In this document: positions 18,205 to 28,894 of the stretch, in pieces
Numbering within the stretch: position 1 is the first letter of the stretch
Layout: each line of letters opens with the position of its first letter
Source: a virus
Lineage: Duplodnaviria > Heunggongvirae > Uroviricota > Caudoviricetes
IMG/VR virus record: IMGVR_UViG_3300029288_003766
Location: 153,787 to 214,968 of that record
Strand: one strand, 5' to 3'
Length of the DNA stretch: 61,182 bases
Translations under genes and position numbers: made by a program
Notes under the pieces: generated by a model
Told to the model about the DNA's origin: nothing
Database searches by the model: none
What the model saw: only the letters and a program-made list of their open reading frames with translations

Positions 18205-19050
18205 ATGGCAATAACAACAACTAGTATCAATTTTAAAAACGCAGCTTCATCAATATTGAACGCTGTTTCCTCTGTTCTACCAGTAGTTTGTGGTGTGCCT
18301 GAGAGTTTATTGAATAGTGTAAGCCCCAGGTATGTTGTTACATTAGTGGCTACATTAGGTAGTTTGACTAACCGTTCTGGATCAAGCCGAAATACGACTT
18401 CGAATTCATTCACTGTTTACGGATACCTACAAGACAAGATTACCTTGAATGCTAGCGCTGATTGGCAAGGATTAACTCAAAGTATGCCTAGCGGTATACA
18501 AGAAGCTTTACGAGCTGGTAATACACTTGGTCAGGCTTTTTTAAATCGGACTACAGTAACTACGTTGCAAACTCGTAGGATATGGATGGGTTCTTCACCT
18601 ATTAGTGTTACGATGAAATTAAAGTTTGAGGCTTTTAACGATGTCGAGAGGGAGGTTGTTCTTCCTTGCACACTTCTTCAAGGTTTACTTCTCCCAAGAG
18701 GAGGTATAGGTAACACAATTGGGCTAATCCCACCGGGTCCTAGTCCTTTTAATGTAAATCTAAAAGGTGAATCTGAAAGTGAACGTAATGAAAATATTAC
18801 ACTTGATGTTGGTGGAGGATTTTTAAAATTTCCTAGCGTAATAGTTAAAGATGTTCAAGTTACGTATGAAAATAGAATGAGTGAAAATGGCCCTATTGGA
18901 GCAGAGGTAGTTTTAGTTATAGAAACCTACCAGATGCTTACTCGGGAAGATCTACTTGAAGTTATTAATCAACCTATGATTTCAACAACTGGTGGATCTT
19001 TTGGGCAGGGGAGCACTTCGGGTAGTGCAGAGGCGGGAGGTAACATATAA
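18205..19050 (+). CDS. Baseplate tube-cap protein (gp48-like)
   Basis: IWMGSSPISVTMKLKF, LIPPGP, VIVKDVQVTY, PIGAEVVL; lies between tape measure and gp53-like. Confidence 0.5.
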   Translation: MAITTTSINFKNAASSILNAVSSVLPVVCGVPESLLNSVSPRYVVTLVATLGSLTNRSGSSRNTTSNSFTVYGYLQDKITLNASADWQGLTQSMPSGIQEALRAGNTLGQAFLNRTTVTTLQTRRIWMGSSPISVTMKLKFEAFNDVEREVVLPCTLLQGLLLPRGGIGNTIGLIPPGPSPFNVNLKGESESERNENITLDVGGGFLKFPSVIVKDVQVTYENRMSENGPIGAEVVLVIETYQMLTREDLLEVINQPMISTTGGSFGQGSTSGSAEAGGNI

Positions 19051-19355
19051 TGAATAGGACTTTATTTTTCGATAAAATAACAGTTGATAGTATTGAAGAA
19101 TATGACTATCTACACAACAGTCTTTCTCGGTTTACAATGAATTATCCTGTATCTTATTATAGAATTCTTGAATCCGAAGTAATGCGTCCCGATCTTATAA
19201 GTTACAGATGCTATGAAACAGTGGACTTTTGGTGGATTATCCTTTATGTGAATGATATTCAAGATCCGTTGAACGATCTTACAAGTGGAACAGTTATTAA
19301 AATACCGAACATTTTGGACATTTATGAGTTTTATAAAAAATATTCAATGAGATAA
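19050..19355 (+). CDS. Baseplate wedge protein (gp53-like, LysM-like)
   Basis: RPDLISYRCYETVDFWWIILYVNDIQDP...GTVIKIP. Confidence 0.85.
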   Translation: MNRTLFFDKITVDSIEEYDYLHNSLSRFTMNYPVSYYRILESEVMRPDLISYRCYETVDFWWIILYVNDIQDPLNDLTSGTVIKIPNILDIYEFYKKYSMR

Positions 19356-19372
19356 ATGATTGGTAATCATAT

Positions 19373-20155
19373 ATGGATGATGTGGTGATCTACGGACAAG
19401 TATACAAAATAACTAATGATATAAATAACAAAGTCTATATTGGTCAGACGATAACTATTTTGGGGTCGCGTTTGAAGCAGCATATAAAAGAGGCAATTAA
19501 ATTTAGTAATTGTGGTAGTCTTCTCTATAAGGCGATTAGAAAGTATGGTAAAGAGAGCTTTACTATCATTCAGATAGGCCAAGCAATAGATAAGAAGTCA
19601 CTAGATATACTTGAACGTTATTATGTAGCATTTTATAGAAAGTTACTTGGCAGAGGTAATGTTTACAATATTACTGATGGTGGCGAAGGTAATGGTGGAT
19701 GCTTGAAGAATATTCCATTATCTGAAGAGCATAAAAAGAATATTGGAAAGGCTCTTGAAGGTAAGCATAAGTCTGAAGAACATAAAAAGAAGTTACGTGA
19801 GTGTAAAACCGAGGAGTATAAACAACAGTTTAAAGAATCTACGCATACGCCCGAAGTAAACTCAAAGAGAGTCAAAACTCGTAAGGAGAGTGGTAAACCT
19901 TGGCATTCTGAAGAGACAAAACAACATATGAGACATTCTCATGCCAAACACCCAGAAGGTTGCCAATGTATCAGTTGTCGAGCTGAAAGAGGAGAATTAA
20001 AAAGCGAGGATAATAGTATGTTTGGTAAGCATTACATTACGATTTACAACAGTGCAATAAACAAGGAAAAACGGATTGAACCTATCTTGCTTTCTGAATA
20101 TTTTGGCAAAGGTTGGGTTAGAGGTAGACGGCCTCGAAATATTTCTACTAGCTAG
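19373..20155 (+). CDS. GIY-YIG homing endonuclease with NUMOD3
   Basis: VYKITNDINNKVYIGQT, LYKAIRKYGKESF, YNITDGGEG. Confidence 0.88.
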   Translation: MDDVVIYGQVYKITNDINNKVYIGQTITILGSRLKQHIKEAIKFSNCGSLLYKAIRKYGKESFTIIQIGQAIDKKSLDILERYYVAFYRKLLGRGNVYNITDGGEGNGGCLKNIPLSEEHKKNIGKALEGKHKSEEHKKKLRECKTEEYKQQFKESTHTPEVNSKRVKTRKESGKPWHSEETKQHMRHSHAKHPEGCQCISCRAERGELKSEDNSMFGKHYITIYNSAINKEKRIEPILLSEYFGKGWVRGRRPRNISTS

Positions 20156-20167
20156 GAGTGAATTAAG

Positions 20168-21352
20168 GTGCTGGGAAACTATTACTTGTTAGTTCGGTTC
20201 GGTGAGACAGTTATTCCGATAACTACATCAACTCTTCGAGAGCTTACGATAGTTCAGGATTACAATAAGTTCTTACCTGAGATTAGGTTAAGGATTGATG
20301 ACGCTACAGGAATACTTACACATATAGCGCCCTTTGATAAAAATTTGAGTAGAGTTTATGTTGAGTTTGCTCTTAATTCTGATACTACTGACAAAAATGC
20401 AATGACGTTTTTAGTGTATATTCGGGAGCCTAGTGGTACTCAATCTACTCCTGCAGGTGAGTATGATATTACTGGGTTTCTTGATGTTAACAAAATATTT
20501 ACCCCAGATTACACTAGAGGATTTGACGGTAGTATAAAAACTAATCTTGAAAGTATTGCTACGGACGAGTTGAAGATTAGTAAAACAGATGTTAGCACAT
20601 CAGTTGATTATGAAAAAAATCTAATTCAACCTACTTGGACAAATGCTCAATTTTTAAACTATCTAAAAGATAACTTGATTGGCCAGAATGGTGACTGGGG
20701 GTACAAGTGTTTTGTGAAGGTATACAAACAAAAATCTACATTTGTCTTTCGATCAGTTTCAGAGATGATAGAGGATCAAGTAGTATATAAGTTTATGCTT
20801 TATGACAAACCGTATGAGGATAGGAACCCTATTTTGGAATATTACATTTATGACAATTATAAAATATACGGAGTTTTTGGGGCTATGCAACAAAAATATT
20901 CTTACTTTAACTTTGACACGGGAGCATTGGTTGATGATGAAGAAGATGTTCAAAGTTATATGTCTCTTTCAGACTACTTTTTAATAGATGGTGGTGACAC
21001 AACGGATAGTAATGAAATACAGTCTACGGGGAGGTCAAATGATTTTACCTCTGACTTTAAAGGCCGCGTAAAATCGAACTATGGTAATCGTTTGGTTAGT
21101 TTAGCAAAAATATGGATAACTACAAAAGGTATGCCAAACATTGCTCCGGGGCAGACAGTCCAGCTATTTTTTCCACATGGGTCTATGGGTAAGAATCTAT
21201 ACAGTTACCAATATAGCGGATACTGGCTTTGCGAACGCGTGGTGCATAATTTTGGTGATATATTTTTGACAAAACTACTTTTAACACGGCAGGGAATTGA
21301 TACTGATAAATCAACATCATTATTAAAAGCTACTAAAACAAAGAGCAAATAG
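20168..21352 (+). CDS. Baseplate hub protein (gp27/gpD-like)
   Basis: Upstream of the spike; GMPNIAPGQTV, YSGYWLCERVVHNF. Confidence 0.7.
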   Translation: MLGNYYLLVRFGETVIPITTSTLRELTIVQDYNKFLPEIRLRIDDATGILTHIAPFDKNLSRVYVEFALNSDTTDKNAMTFLVYIREPSGTQSTPAGEYDITGFLDVNKIFTPDYTRGFDGSIKTNLESIATDELKISKTDVSTSVDYEKNLIQPTWTNAQFLNYLKDNLIGQNGDWGYKCFVKVYKQKSTFVFRSVSEMIEDQVVYKFMLYDKPYEDRNPILEYYIYDNYKIYGVFGAMQQKYSYFNFDTGALVDDEEDVQSYMSLSDYFLIDGGDTTDSNEIQSTGRSNDFTSDFKGRVKSNYGNRLVSLAKIWITTKGMPNIAPGQTVQLFFPHGSMGKNLYSYQYSGYWLCERVVHNFGDIFLTKLLLTRQGIDTDKSTSLLKATKTKSK

Positions 21353-21889
21353 ATGGTACAGAATCAAAAGTTGGGAGTAACCGGATTAACACTACATAAT
21401 GATAAGTTGTGGGGCTTTTACCGCGCTACTGTAAAAAGTGTTACTGACCCTAAGCAGCAGGGTCGTATTAAGGCCGAGGTTATTCCATACTTTGTCGATA
21501 TTGAGACTACGTTGCTACCTTGGGCAGTTCCCGCTTCTCCACTTAAAAGTGGATCGGGTGTCGGAACAGGAAGCTTTGATGTCCCCGATGTTAACTCTAT
21601 GGTTTGGGTGTTTTTTGAAATGGGTGATATTTACCAACCCGTCTATATTGCTAATGCTTCTGATGGTGTTCATGGTTTGCCTACTTTTCGGACAACGAAT
21701 TATCCCAACAGAAGAGGGTGGAAAACAAGTAGTGGAATTGAATTTTATACAGATGACACAGATGAGTCTGTTACCCTAATCCATCCTTCAGGAACGACAG
21801 TTGTTATAGATGTGGACGGGAATGTAACGTTAACTAGCACAGGAGTAGTGACTATTACAGGAGACCAGATACAATTAAATCCCGTGTAG
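21353..21889 (+). CDS. Baseplate spike (gp5/gpV OB-fold), no lysozyme domain
   Basis: YRATVKSVTDPKQQGRIK, LPWAVP, VPDVNSMVWVFFEMGD, HPSGT. Confidence 0.9.
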   Translation: MVQNQKLGVTGLTLHNDKLWGFYRATVKSVTDPKQQGRIKAEVIPYFVDIETTLLPWAVPASPLKSGSGVGTGSFDVPDVNSMVWVFFEMGDIYQPVYIANASDGVHGLPTFRTTNYPNRRGWKTSSGIEFYTDDTDESVTLIHPSGTTVVIDVDGNVTLTSTGVVTITGDQIQLNPV

Positions 21890-21901
21890 AATGGAGTAAA
21901 A

Positions 21902-22564
21902 ATGTCAACAATTGCACACAAAAATTTAACAGGAACTGATTTACATTCAATGACAACGGATGGTTCTACTAATCCTACTAACATTCTCTCTCACGGCGAT
22001 TTTGATTACTGGACGAATGGTGCTGCTTATGCTCCTGATTCATGGACATTATCGGGTTCGGGGGCAAGTGTAGCAAGAGAAGGAACAATAATCAAATTAG
22101 GTACTTATTCTGTTAAAGTCACAAGATCAGGGGCTGATTGTAACATATACCAATATGGGCATACTGAAAGAGGTATTAATTATTGGAAAGGAAGAACAGT
22201 AAGTTTAGGATGTTGGGTTTACGCAACGGTAGCAAGCACTACTCGAGTTTCAATTTCCGACGCCGTTGACGCAACATATTCTTCTTACCATACAGGTAAT
22301 TCTATTTGGCAATGGTTATCTTTAACTCATACTATGAACGCGAGTGCGACCAGAATGCAGATAAGTTTGGAAGTTAATACAACCAATACTTCCGGTTATT
22401 TTGATGGCGCAATTGCAGTAGAGGGCAACAGTGTATTTTCTTTTAGTTCAAAACCATTAGGCAATCCTACTATAGTTCCTGGTAGTGGATTTACTTTAAA
22501 GACAACGCAATATGTCGGTGTATATATAGATGGTGTTTATTACAAAATAGCACTCATAAACTAA
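21902..22564 (+). CDS. Virion protein with CBM4/9-like carbohydrate-binding domain
   Basis: NILSHGDFDYWT...PDSW...WQWLSLT...YFDG pattern. Confidence 0.55.
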   Translation: MSTIAHKNLTGTDLHSMTTDGSTNPTNILSHGDFDYWTNGAAYAPDSWTLSGSGASVAREGTIIKLGTYSVKVTRSGADCNIYQYGHTERGINYWKGRTVSLGCWVYATVASTTRVSISDAVDATYSSYHTGNSIWQWLSLTHTMNASATRMQISLEVNTTNTSGYFDGAIAVEGNSVFSFSSKPLGNPTIVPGSGFTLKTTQYVGVYIDGVYYKIALIN

Positions 22565-22566
22565 CT

Positions 22567-22995
22567 ATGAAGTACGTAATAGATGATTTAGGAAATCAAG
22601 TTATTGACGATTCAGGAAATCAAGTAGTAGCGTCAATACGAACTATAGCTTTGTTAGGTGATCCTTCAGATCATGGCGGAATAGTAACTACAAGTAACCA
22701 GGATGGTACTTTAATACTAGTTGTCCAAGATATTCAAGGTGGTCCGAGTTCAGGTTTGATGTATGCAGATTTTGAGTTTGGTGGTTTTGCTGAAGAATCT
22801 AATGTTAGTAATGGTACGGAAGTTGCAGTAGAAGGCGCTGAACATCGATGCCCTGTTATTGGTCACGGTACAACAACTATTACAGCAGTTACGACTAAGA
22901 GTTATCATAATGGCAAATTAATACTTACTGAGGATGCCGTTGCGGGCTGCGGCGCTAGGCTTACACCACCCGATAGGAGTGTTTACATAGAATGA
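22567..22995 (+). CDS. PAAR-like spike tip protein with N-terminal repeat and internal insertion
   Basis: ALLGDPSDHGG, HRCPVIGHG, DAVAGCGARL. Confidence 0.75.
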   Translation: MKYVIDDLGNQVIDDSGNQVVASIRTIALLGDPSDHGGIVTTSNQDGTLILVVQDIQGGPSSGLMYADFEFGGFAEESNVSNGTEVAVEGAEHRCPVIGHGTTTITAVTTKSYHNGKLILTEDAVAGCGARLTPPDRSVYIE

Positions 22996-24047
22996 GTGTT
23001 TTTCTGAGATCAAATTTTGGATATGGGTTTCTTGCCAGTAGTTTAGGCGTGGCGGATGTTCAAATGACGTTGGACGCCGGCCATTTACTTCCTATAATAG
23101 CTGGAAGTTTTCGAGTGGTGATTTGGAACTGTTTGAGCTATCCCAATCCAATTACTGATCCTAACATGGAAATTGTTACTGCTTCTTACAGTGGAACAGT
23201 TAATGTTTATAATATAACTCGTGCCCAAGAAAGCACTACTCAACATACACATACTATCAATAGTAAGGTAGCAATGACGTATACTGCTGGTGTCTCTTCA
23301 GCCGACTTGTATGTTATAGGAACAAAGGAAGTCGACGAAACTGGTATTGGATCAGGTAAATGTTTATACTATAACAGCACCACTGGGTATATTCAATATA
23401 CTAATCTAACAGGTGGTGGTGATATGCTTAAGAGTATTTATGATCCTGATGCTGACGGAGTAATTATTCCACCACAAGTTGATATATCGGGTTTTCTGGG
23501 GTCTTACGCAGAATATAGTATCGAGAATGATGCCGTAAATAAAAAACTAAGATTAGTGGGGGATGTAGCAAGTCCTGGAAACAGTAAAGTATATGGTACA
23601 AGTATCGGCGGGGTGCGAGGCTGGCAAAGTTTTTCTCTAGCAGGATCAATTGCTGCTGCTTTTAGCGGAGGAACTGCCAATATTGCTGTGGGAACGCAGG
23701 CCTGGGTGTATGTTCCTTATAATTGCACGGTAACAGGATGGACGATTTTAGCTGATAGAGCAGCTAGTGCTCCTGCTGTAGGTACCAACACTATGACAGT
23801 TGATATATGGAAAAGTACATATGCTGACTATCCTCCTACTGCTGCTGATAAGATTTCAGGGAGTGAAAGTCCTTATTTAAGTGCTACTTTACTTTTTCAA
23901 ATGAAAAAAAATCAAGATACAAGTTTATCTACGTGGTCGACAACGAGTATAAGTGCTGGTGATGTAGTATTATTTAACGTTACAACTAACATGGGGGCAC
24001 TTGCTCCACGTCAATGTGTTGTTAGTTTAGAGGTAACTAAAACATGA
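22992..24047 (+). CDS. Tail fibre/appendage-associated protein
   Basis: EIVTA...ITRAQEST and GGGDMLKSIYDPDADG motifs typical of phage fibres; C-terminal beta-sandwich. Confidence 0.55.
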   Translation: MSVFLRSNFGYGFLASSLGVADVQMTLDAGHLLPIIAGSFRVVIWNCLSYPNPITDPNMEIVTASYSGTVNVYNITRAQESTTQHTHTINSKVAMTYTAGVSSADLYVIGTKEVDETGIGSGKCLYYNSTTGYIQYTNLTGGGDMLKSIYDPDADGVIIPPQVDISGFLGSYAEYSIENDAVNKKLRLVGDVASPGNSKVYGTSIGGVRGWQSFSLAGSIAAAFSGGTANIAVGTQAWVYVPYNCTVTGWTILADRAASAPAVGTNTMTVDIWKSTYADYPPTAADKISGSESPYLSATLLFQMKKNQDTSLSTWSTTSISAGDVVLFNVTTNMGALAPRQCVVSLEVTKT

Positions 24048-26257
24048 GTATTTGGTATGTAGATTATGTAAATGGTGATGATACAAACGGTGGGACTAGT
24101 TGGGCTGATGCAGTAAAAACTATTCAGGGCGTTACTGCGGCGATGTTAAATCCAGGAGATGAAGTTAGGATAGCCAAGTCACCTGATCCAACTTCTTTAG
24201 GTCAAAATGCTACATTTGTAAAAGATTCTAAAACAACGATACTAACATCTTCCGTTACTGTTAACATTTGTGATTGTGATAACAGCTGGACAGATTCTTC
24301 AGGGATTACATCAACTATTGATACAAGTAAGTATAGAGAGGGACTAGGTAGTGTGCGAATTAAACAAACAGGTAGTTTTACTACAGGATTAGCTTCATAT
24401 TTTTCATTTGACGAAACTGATTTTTCAGGTTACACCCAAGTAAGTTTTTGGATAAATAGTGGGTATACAATTACCAGTTCAAAACTTAGTTTAAGGTTAT
24501 GCTCTGATTCAAATGGAGCAGTAACTGTTAATACTATTCCTATTCCATCGGTTCCAGCAACACTTAATTTAACAACTTGGATACCTATTACCGTCGAAAC
24601 AGGTTCTGCGTTATCAAGTAGTGTAAAATCAATAGCTTTATACGTTGATGATTCTGTGGCATCTATGGATTTTTATCTTGATAACATTATTGCATGTAAA
24701 AGCTCTGTTGAACCAGATAGTTTAACTCTTTCCTCGTTAATAGGAATTGATCCAGATTTGGGGGAAACATGGTATGGAATACGAAGCATAAATGGAACCA
24801 CAGTTATTTTTGACGAATCGACTCGAACTTATACTGGTCCTACTGAGGGAAATGGATCAAGAATAGATGGTATTTATGAGATATTTAAACGAGAGACGAT
24901 ACAGACAGGTTATGGCTCTACTTCCCAACAAACTCAAGATTCAGGCATCAGTGGTAACTTGATTGCTTATTCGGGTGGTTGGAATACTACTCTTTCTTAT
25001 GATAACCAGGATGGTGAAACTTGGTACGATGGTTCAAACTGTGTTGCTAATGGGTTAAATATAGGTAATGGAACATTTACTTATTATGTTTCAATTGACA
25101 AACTTTCATTTGTTAGATACTCGACTGGTCTTTACATGCTTAGATGCTTCAATTGTTTAATAAATAATATGGCAGTTGGTAATAATATTCGTGGAATCTA
25201 CGTAATGGGCAACTATAATCAGTTTATCAATATTGATACTCAAAAGAATGAAATTGAGAGTGCAGTATTGGATTCTTGCAGCTATAGCACATTTTCCAAT
25301 ATACGAATCAGAAGTTCAGTTGCTCAAGGATTAGAGACCCGCAGTATAATTACTGCTTGTATTTTTAGCAATCTGGAAGCAAGTAGTATTCAATCGGACC
25401 CGGGGTCTTCTTATTATGGACTTGATTTATCTAATGTATATCTTTGTTCGTTTGATGGATTAAACGCATATGATAATACTAACGCCGGGCTGTCACAAAC
25501 TACTTGTTTTAACAATAGTATTTCTAATGCATCATTCAGCGGAAATGGTATTGATATCTATATATATAGTGATTCTTATGGTCTACTAATCTCAAATGCT
25601 TCTTTAAGTTCAACCACTCAGGTAGATTTTGGATCAATAAAGTTTTCTTCAGTAGTTAACGTTTCGCGTTTGGGTCAAACACCCGGTAGGTATAAAACTT
25701 GGCAATCCTATTCTGATGGTTCTACCGGTGTCTGTGGAACCATCTCTGATCAAATTACTGGTGGTCAAGACGCTGCTTGGGCATATGGAGGAGAAGGCAC
25801 TTGTGCTTATTTTACCCCCAACTCAGTTGTTGATCCATTAGTATGGGAATTCTACGTTCCTGTAACAGCTGCCACAGACTTTCAAGTAAACTTCTGGCAC
25901 AGAATAACATTAGGTTTTGGCGGTTCAATGGATGTTACAATTTATGATAGTAATGATAACGCCACAAAACTTCTTGATTCCGAAAGTGTTGATTTAAACC
26001 TTGGTGAATCTAGTAACGATTGGAATGAGTATACTTCTACAACATGCACTCCAACAGATACTGGTTTTTGTAGAGTGCATATAGAATTTCTAAATGGTTC
26101 AACTTCAGCAACAATAGGAAGTGTTGGTGTAGATAATGTAAGAGTTACACCAGTAGTTAACGATGATTTTGGAAGTATGGATAGATGGCTAGAAGGCCTG
26201 CCTCCTAAGTATATGACAGATGGAACAATAAAGTATGGAGCAGCTTTTAGCTCATAA
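24044..26257 (+). CDS. Right-handed beta-helix (pectin-lyase-like) tailspike-like protein
   Basis: WYVDYVNGDDTNGGTSWADAVKTI start; N/S/C-rich beta-helix-like repeats; CBM-like segments. Confidence 0.65.
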   Translation: MSIWYVDYVNGDDTNGGTSWADAVKTIQGVTAAMLNPGDEVRIAKSPDPTSLGQNATFVKDSKTTILTSSVTVNICDCDNSWTDSSGITSTIDTSKYREGLGSVRIKQTGSFTTGLASYFSFDETDFSGYTQVSFWINSGYTITSSKLSLRLCSDSNGAVTVNTIPIPSVPATLNLTTWIPITVETGSALSSSVKSIALYVDDSVASMDFYLDNIIACKSSVEPDSLTLSSLIGIDPDLGETWYGIRSINGTTVIFDESTRTYTGPTEGNGSRIDGIYEIFKRETIQTGYGSTSQQTQDSGISGNLIAYSGGWNTTLSYDNQDGETWYDGSNCVANGLNIGNGTFTYYVSIDKLSFVRYSTGLYMLRCFNCLINNMAVGNNIRGIYVMGNYNQFINIDTQKNEIESAVLDSCSYSTFSNIRIRSSVAQGLETRSIITACIFSNLEASSIQSDPGSSYYGLDLSNVYLCSFDGLNAYDNTNAGLSQTTCFNNSISNASFSGNGIDIYIYSDSYGLLISNASLSSTTQVDFGSIKFSSVVNVSRLGQTPGRYKTWQSYSDGSTGVCGTISDQITGGQDAAWAYGGEGTCAYFTPNSVVDPLVWEFYVPVTAATDFQVNFWHRITLGFGGSMDVTIYDSNDNATKLLDSESVDLNLGESSNDWNEYTSTTCTPTDTGFCRVHIEFLNGSTSATIGSVGVDNVRVTPVVNDDFGSMDRWLEGLPPKYMTDGTIKYGAAFSS

Positions 26258-26268
26258 ACGGAGTACAT

Positions 26269-26658
26269 ATGGCAAATAATGTAAATCCAATAATCTGGAG
26301 TGACCTCTCACCCCAGTTGGTCCCCGATACCCATGGTGGATTAAAACTTGATATTAACGTAGATGCAGTTAAAGGATCTATTGACAACATAATTAGAACG
26401 AGCCCCGGAGAACGCATTTTCGAACCAACGTTTGCACTCGGATTAAAAAATCTTCTTTTTGAACCAATTAATAATACATTGCTTAATAGATTTGCTGCAG
26501 AAATAAAAAACAAAGTTGAGGTTTGGGACCCCCGGGTAAATGTAGAGGGTGTAGATTTTAAATTAGATCCAGATAACAATTATGTTTCTTTGACGGTTAG
26601 ATTTAATATTGTGGGGTATGTTCAATCGTTTAGCACTACAACTACTATTACAGAGTAA
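26269..26658 (+). CDS. Baseplate wedge protein (gp25-like)
   Basis: SIDNIIRTSPGERIFEPTF, LLFEP, WDPRV. Confidence 0.93.
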   Translation: MANNVNPIIWSDLSPQLVPDTHGGLKLDINVDAVKGSIDNIIRTSPGERIFEPTFALGLKNLLFEPINNTLLNRFAAEIKNKVEVWDPRVNVEGVDFKLDPDNNYVSLTVRFNIVGYVQSFSTTTTITE

Positions 26659-26667
26659 GGAGTATAT

Positions 26668-28368
26668 ATGTCAACAGATAAGATATCATTCGTAGATTAT
26701 GATTATGACAATTTAGTATCTGAATTACAACAGCTTCTTGCCGCTCAGGATGCTTGGAAGGATATGTACAAAAGTTCTACAGGACAGATGCTTCTTGAAC
26801 TGTTTGCTGCTGTTGGTAATTTAGTTTTATATTATATAGAAAGAAGGGCCGAAGAGGGATATATTGCTACAGCACAAAATTATTCATCAATTGTAAATTT
26901 AGCCCGATTATTAAACTATATACCGAGTAGAAACGTTTCTTCAACTGGAACGTTGACATTTACCCTTGATACTGCTCACACAAGTTTGGTTCTAATTCCA
27001 AAATGGACATCTGTTTCTTCTAGTAGTTATAGTTTTGTTACTACATCTGATGCTGTAATTTTGGTGGGCAGTACAACCATAGATGTTACGGGAATTCAGG
27101 GTGTGTTAACTACTGTATCATATATCTCTAACGGATCTACATCGCAAGAATATAACATAGACAGTACACAGGTTGAGGACACCAACGTATATGTATATGT
27201 TGATAACGTATTGTGGACACAAGTAAGTTCATTTATTAGTTCAACAAATATATCGACGGAATATGTTCTTCGTCCAGAATTGGATGGAACAATTACAATA
27301 GTTTTTGGAAATGGTGTGTTTGGGCAATCTCCTTCATTAGGTTCATCGGTAGTTGTAAAATATGTAAAATCAGATGGTACATCAAGTAATGTTTACTCTA
27401 CAGGTTTAATAACCACCATTAATTCTACTATTTATGACTCAACCGGAGCTACAGTAAATGATATAAATGTTACCAATAGTACAACATTTCTTGGTGGTGA
27501 TGACGCTGAAACATCGGAAGAGATTAGAGCAAACGCTCCAAGTGTGTTTGCTACAGGGGATCGAGCTGTTACCAAAAGCGATTTTGAGGCCTTAATACAT
27601 GCGTATTCTGGAGTGGGTGATTGTATTGTTTATGGTGAGAATGACTTAACTCCGCCAAATTATGCGATGTACAATCAAGTTAGGATTACTGTAATTTTGG
27701 ATGATTGGATTTTACCGTCAACTACTTTTGAAAATAATCTTAGTACATATTTATACGAAAAATCTTTAATTACTGTTAGATATTCATATGTTGACCCAAC
27801 AATCATCTACGTTGTTCCTTGTTTAACTATAAAATTAGTTTCATCCGCCTCAATTACATTGGTTCAGAATTTAGTTGAAACTGCGATTCAGAATCAATTT
27901 GTGCTTGGAACTACAACCACATTGGGCCAGTCAGTGTATCTGTCTGATATTATATCAGTAATTGAAGATATATCAGGAGTAAATCATTGTCATGCAACAT
28001 TAAAACTACAACAAGATTTGGATCAAGGATATTCTTCGTTATATACCTATGCTGCAACAACTAATTTACTTTCTGTTCTCACTGAAACTATTGAGTTGTG
28101 GATTGATGATACAAAGATTGCAATTGATGACGGAGCGGGTAACTGGACTGATTTAAGTTCCACATACACAATTACAGGGGGGGCAAACTATACTACAGGT
28201 CTTGTGGGGGCGAATATTTCACCTGCTCCTGTTGCCGGTTCTTCAATTTATATACGATATCAACAGGATAACTCTGGAGAATCAACTGATTCCGCAGGAG
28301 ATTTATTATTGTCTCAAAGTCAAATTTGTAGATTAGAGGAAACTGTATATGATTACATTGGATATTAA
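26668..28368 (+). CDS. Baseplate wedge protein (gp6/baseplate J-like)
   Basis: DYDYDNL, ARLLNYIP, FGNGVFG, GGDDAETSEEIR, DRAVTKSDF. Confidence 0.9.
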   Translation: MSTDKISFVDYDYDNLVSELQQLLAAQDAWKDMYKSSTGQMLLELFAAVGNLVLYYIERRAEEGYIATAQNYSSIVNLARLLNYIPSRNVSSTGTLTFTLDTAHTSLVLIPKWTSVSSSSYSFVTTSDAVILVGSTTIDVTGIQGVLTTVSYISNGSTSQEYNIDSTQVEDTNVYVYVDNVLWTQVSSFISSTNISTEYVLRPELDGTITIVFGNGVFGQSPSLGSSVVVKYVKSDGTSSNVYSTGLITTINSTIYDSTGATVNDINVTNSTTFLGGDDAETSEEIRANAPSVFATGDRAVTKSDFEALIHAYSGVGDCIVYGENDLTPPNYAMYNQVRITVILDDWILPSTTFENNLSTYLYEKSLITVRYSYVDPTIIYVVPCLTIKLVSSASITLVQNLVETAIQNQFVLGTTTTLGQSVYLSDIISVIEDISGVNHCHATLKLQQDLDQGYSSLYTYAATTNLLSVLTETIELWIDDTKIAIDDGAGNWTDLSSTYTITGGANYTTGLVGANISPAPVAGSSIYIRYQQDNSGESTDSAGDLLLSQSQICRLEETVYDYIGY

Positions 28369-28381
28369 CTAGGAGGGTACT

Positions 28382-28876
28382 GTGATTAAGCAATATTGGA
28401 ATATTCGGCACATTCGTAACGGAGAAGTAATTTGGCAAGAGGAATATAAACATAACGCTATAGCTGATGAGGGCGCTGAGGCAATACTTGAGGTGTTTTA
28501 CAGGGCAAGTACAGCATACGCACCAGCTACTTTTTATGTTAGGCTATGCGATGATACTTTAGTTGTTAGTGATACATTGTCTAGTGTTCAAAACGAACCT
28601 TCCGGTAATGGATATGCGGCTCAAGAGGTTACACGGGATACAACAGGATTTCCTATGAAAGATGTTGCAAGTAACGGTAATCAACGACTAACGAGTAAAA
28701 CAGTTACTTTTACGGCGAGTGGGGGGAGCATTGGACCTGTGACAACAGCATACATAGCGACAACTTCCGATAACACAGGTAAACTGATTGGTTATCTACC
28801 ATTAAGTATGCAACGAACAGTATTAAATGGGGATGCAATGGAGTATGAGTTCTTTGCTGAGGAAGGTAACTCATAA
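28382..28876 (+). CDS. Baseplate/tail-associated structural protein
   Basis: GTG start after AGGAGG; beta-rich EPSGNGYA...VTFTASGG pattern common in tail modules. Confidence 0.6.
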   Translation: MIKQYWNIRHIRNGEVIWQEEYKHNAIADEGAEAILEVFYRASTAYAPATFYVRLCDDTLVVSDTLSSVQNEPSGNGYAAQEVTRDTTGFPMKDVASNGNQRLTSKTVTFTASGGSIGPVTTAYIATTSDNTGKLIGYLPLSMQRTVLNGDAMEYEFFAEEGNS

Positions 28877-28894
28877 AGCGGAAGGATAAATAAT

